64,000 nucleotides of DNA from Octopus sinensis. Taxonomy: Eukaryota. The notes under the pieces were generated by a model. It ran no database searches. It saw nothing but the letters and a program-made list of their open reading frames with translations, and was not told the DNA's origin. The stretch lies in NCBI RefSeq assembly GCF_006345805.1, contig NC_043002.1, forward strand, positions 13,330,001-13,394,000, written 5' to 3'. A program made the position numbers and the translations under genes. Shown here one piece after another: positions 61,110 to 64,000 of the stretch (its first letter is position 1; each line of letters begins with the position of its first letter).

Positions 61110-61432
61110 TTTACATTTGGAATCAATGTCCTTGGCACCGGCTCACAAACAGTTTCCTTAGATATCGAGAACCTTTCATACAACACTTTCTGTTCTCCTT
61201 AGAGCAGATTTCAGAATAAATGAAACTCTTACGGTACTTAGGGCACCCATAACAATTGGGATTCCTTTTGTAGAAACCTTCCACATTCATCGTATTACCC
61301 TACCCATGACCTGGTATTTTCCTATTTTCTCCTATTCTTTGACTGCTACATTCATATCCGTAGATATAGCCATATCTGTGATGATGCACTTCAAAAAACA
61401 TTTTTTACCCTTGTCCAGAACGATGGTATCCC
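61110..61432 (-). pseudogene. R4/Dong-like restriction-like endonuclease C-terminal remnant
   Basis: DTIVLDKGKK..CIITDMAI..DMNVAVKE*EKIGKYQ..MWKV..IPIVMGAL. Confidence 0.7.
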
Positions 61433-61439
61433 CTGTTCA

Positions 61440-61812
61440 ACTTTTATCTTTTACTTGTTACAGTCATTGGACTGCGGCCTTGCTGAAGCATTGCATTGAA
61501 GGGTTCAGGCAAACAAATCGACCCATTACTTATTAACTGTGGTACTTATTCTATCGGTCTCTTTTGTCGAACTGCCAAATTATGGGAACATAAACACACA
61601 CGCACACACACACATACATATATATATATAAACGATGATGATGATGATGATATATATATATACTCGATGAGCTTTTTTCAGTTTCTGTCTACCAAATTCA
61701 CTCAAAGCTTTGGTCGGCCCGAGGCTATAGTAGAAGACACTTGCCCAAGGTGCCACGCAGTTGGACTGAACCCGGAACTATGTGGTTGCAATGCAAGCTT
61801 CTTACCACACAA
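61440..61812 (-). mobile_element. SINE-B (decayed)
   Basis: Family match. Confidence 0.75.
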
Positions 61813-62887
61813 CTTTCTTGTTAATTGTTACTCCTTATATAAATCCCCACTGTTCTTCGTCTTTACATTGTCCCAAATGTTTCTGCGACCCTTGTGGCCA
61901 ATAACGAAAGAATTATCATACTAAAGTACTATATGGTCGCTCTACATGCTAGAAATAGCTAACTCTGACTAATTATAACATTTTGATGTTTTGAAAATGG
62001 GAAGGCACATTAAATAATGTAGTCTAACACACACATTGCTCGATAAAATCTTCGGTTACAAGTCTGCCCGATTACAGGTCTGCTCAGCTAGGGCCTGATC
62101 TGATGCTGAACAAAACAAATACACTTCTAATAAGCCCTCAATTTGCCTCAAAATGTAATACTTGGCTCCATATCAAAAATCAATTTTATCGATGTCTATC
62201 GTCCTTGTAGCAAATAAGGTTACTACCAGTAATCTATGTCAGGGAATTCATGTGAGAAGACACTACACTCTTGGTTATAGGGGGTCATCTTGGTTCTGTG
62301 GGGATCCTTGATTCGCTCCAAATGGCCACCCTCCCTCTATATGTCTAATAATTATCATTATTATTATTACTATAACATAATTATCAGTGAGTTTATGGTT
62401 TGCTTTTCTTCATTTTCGTTTTTCAAGAAGGACTTAAGAGGATCAAATTGTGTGTGTGGAAGGTTTGAGTAGTATTTAGCACGAGAACAGCAGATGTTTT
62501 TGTTAACCTTACTGTGAATCAGAAAGGAGAAGAAAACGGCAAATGTTTATACTTAGATGCATACTGTTGACATGCAATTTACGTTTTGTTAATTAAACAC
62601 AAATCAATCAAAAAGTGGAATTATAATGCTGCATATTGTGTGTGTTTGTATGTGTATTTGCTAACCTTGTTGCTTCTGTATTTTATGGAATGTTCCGTCT
62701 AGTCACAATATATATTCGTTAATAGCTTAGATTATATTGTAGTCTTGTTTTGGCCCAATCCACACGGAACATACCAAAAACATTCCAGATTACATTGTTG
62801 TGTCCATATTATAGCCACATGTTACTCTCGTCCATTTTCTCATTTCTGTAAGGGATTTTTTTTTTGAGATAGAGAGGGTGATTAATC

Positions 62888-63300
62888 GGATCTTTTCGGT
62901 TTGAACGGCAGTTTTTAAAAATAATTTCCACGTAACTTAAACACTTTTAAACTTCGTATACTGGTAGAATGTGTTTATAAAACATCTTTTTCTCTTGGCT
63001 TTATTGAGAAAATTCTATAGTTTGTAAGATATTTGTTGTTGTTTTTCTTCAATTTCTGCAATTTCAACTAATCAATGACGTCTATTGAGCTGAAAACATT
63101 CTGTGCCGTATGAATATGTCCCTCATTTAAGAAACAGATTGCGTTTGCTTACATTTGTGAAGAAAAAAAAGATACCCTTCCCCCCACCTCCACCCCTAAA
63201 ACAGATTGAAATGCAATAGATCGATACTAAGGTCATAATTATGGGTGACAATTTCATATGACACCCCTAGAAAAAACTGCCGTTCAAACCAAAAAGATCC
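62888..63300. mobile_element. MITE (413 bp) with ~26-bp TIRs and a probable 8-bp TSD
   Basis: GGATCTTTTCGGTTTGAACGGCAG / CTGCCGTTCAAACCAAAAAGATCC; flanks GATTAATC and TATTAATC. Confidence 0.75.
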
Positions 63301-64000
63301 TATTAATCTGTTATTTATTTCTCGCAGATCGAGCAGAATTATTTTGTAACTCCCTTGTTTACACTCGGTGTGGATGTGTGTGATCATGGATTTAACGCCC
63401 ACTTATCCATGCTTGCATAGGTCGGACGAGATTTATTAAGACAGTTTTTATACAGCTGGATGCTCTTCATGTTGCTAACCCTCATCTCTTTCCACGCAAC
63501 GTCAGACATATTTTCAAAGAATATTGAAAATTAACGACACCGCTTGTATGGCAGTGGCACTCATTTCCAACAGTCTTGCAGTGTCAAGGTGGGATCATAA
63601 ACACACACACACACCCACGATGGGCTTCTTTAAGTTTCCGTCTACCAAATCCACTTACAAGGCTTTGATCTGATTCGGACTGAACTCACGACCATTTGGT
63701 TGGAAAGCAAGAGTTCTTATCCACACAGCCATACCTGAGCCTGTGTGGATAAATTCACATTTCTCATTGTAACTAATCGATTCGCATCAGTAAATAAACA
63801 AGTTCACGGTATAATAAATGAAAATTCACAGAATTATTGTACCGTGAAAAAGTAGGTTTCGTAGAGTACCATCATGATGAACACAATTATAGAGAGAGTG
63901 GTTGAGGTGACCTGCTTACAAGGAACGTTGGATAAATAAATAGGATTGATGATGTCTGTTATTTATCTTGCGAACAATTTGTGCTTTTGCAATTAAGCAA

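Larger units (their letters stand above)
60615..62350. repeat. ~400-bp local duplication (60615-61000 and 61925-62350)
   Basis: Collinear shared sequence GGTCGCTCTAC..CCCTCTATATGTCTA. Confidence 0.85.

Overview
AT-rich eukaryotic non-coding DNA, very probably octopus. The genus is inferred from memory of its SINE families and not database-checked. I find no intact host gene, rRNA, true tRNA or CRISPR array. The window is a mosaic of microsatellites, at least four tRNA-headed SINE families (my labels A-D), several MITEs and decayed transposon coding remnants: two mariners, a hAT, RTE, CR1/L2, Tx1/L1, R4/Dong-like and HERO-like fragments. It also holds a head-to-tail pair of composite Helitrons (28.0-32.9 kb) carrying a 166-bp satellite and a PIF1-helicase fragment. 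Three observations stand out. (1) Penelope-like-element (PLE) termini carry about ten hammerhead-ribozyme-like motifs, including one with a canonical core (19700-19790) and a fold-back unit with a 12-bp TSD whose core has the C3-G8 pair swapped to G3-C8 (11545-11957). (2) SINE-A repeatedly nests in its own tRNA head at two fixed positions, and its tail resembles a Tx1/L1-like 3' end in the same window. (3) A 9 x 57-bp array reads as a signal-peptide-like leader plus nine 19-aa repeats. All ribozyme structures were paired by hand; activity and novelty are untested.
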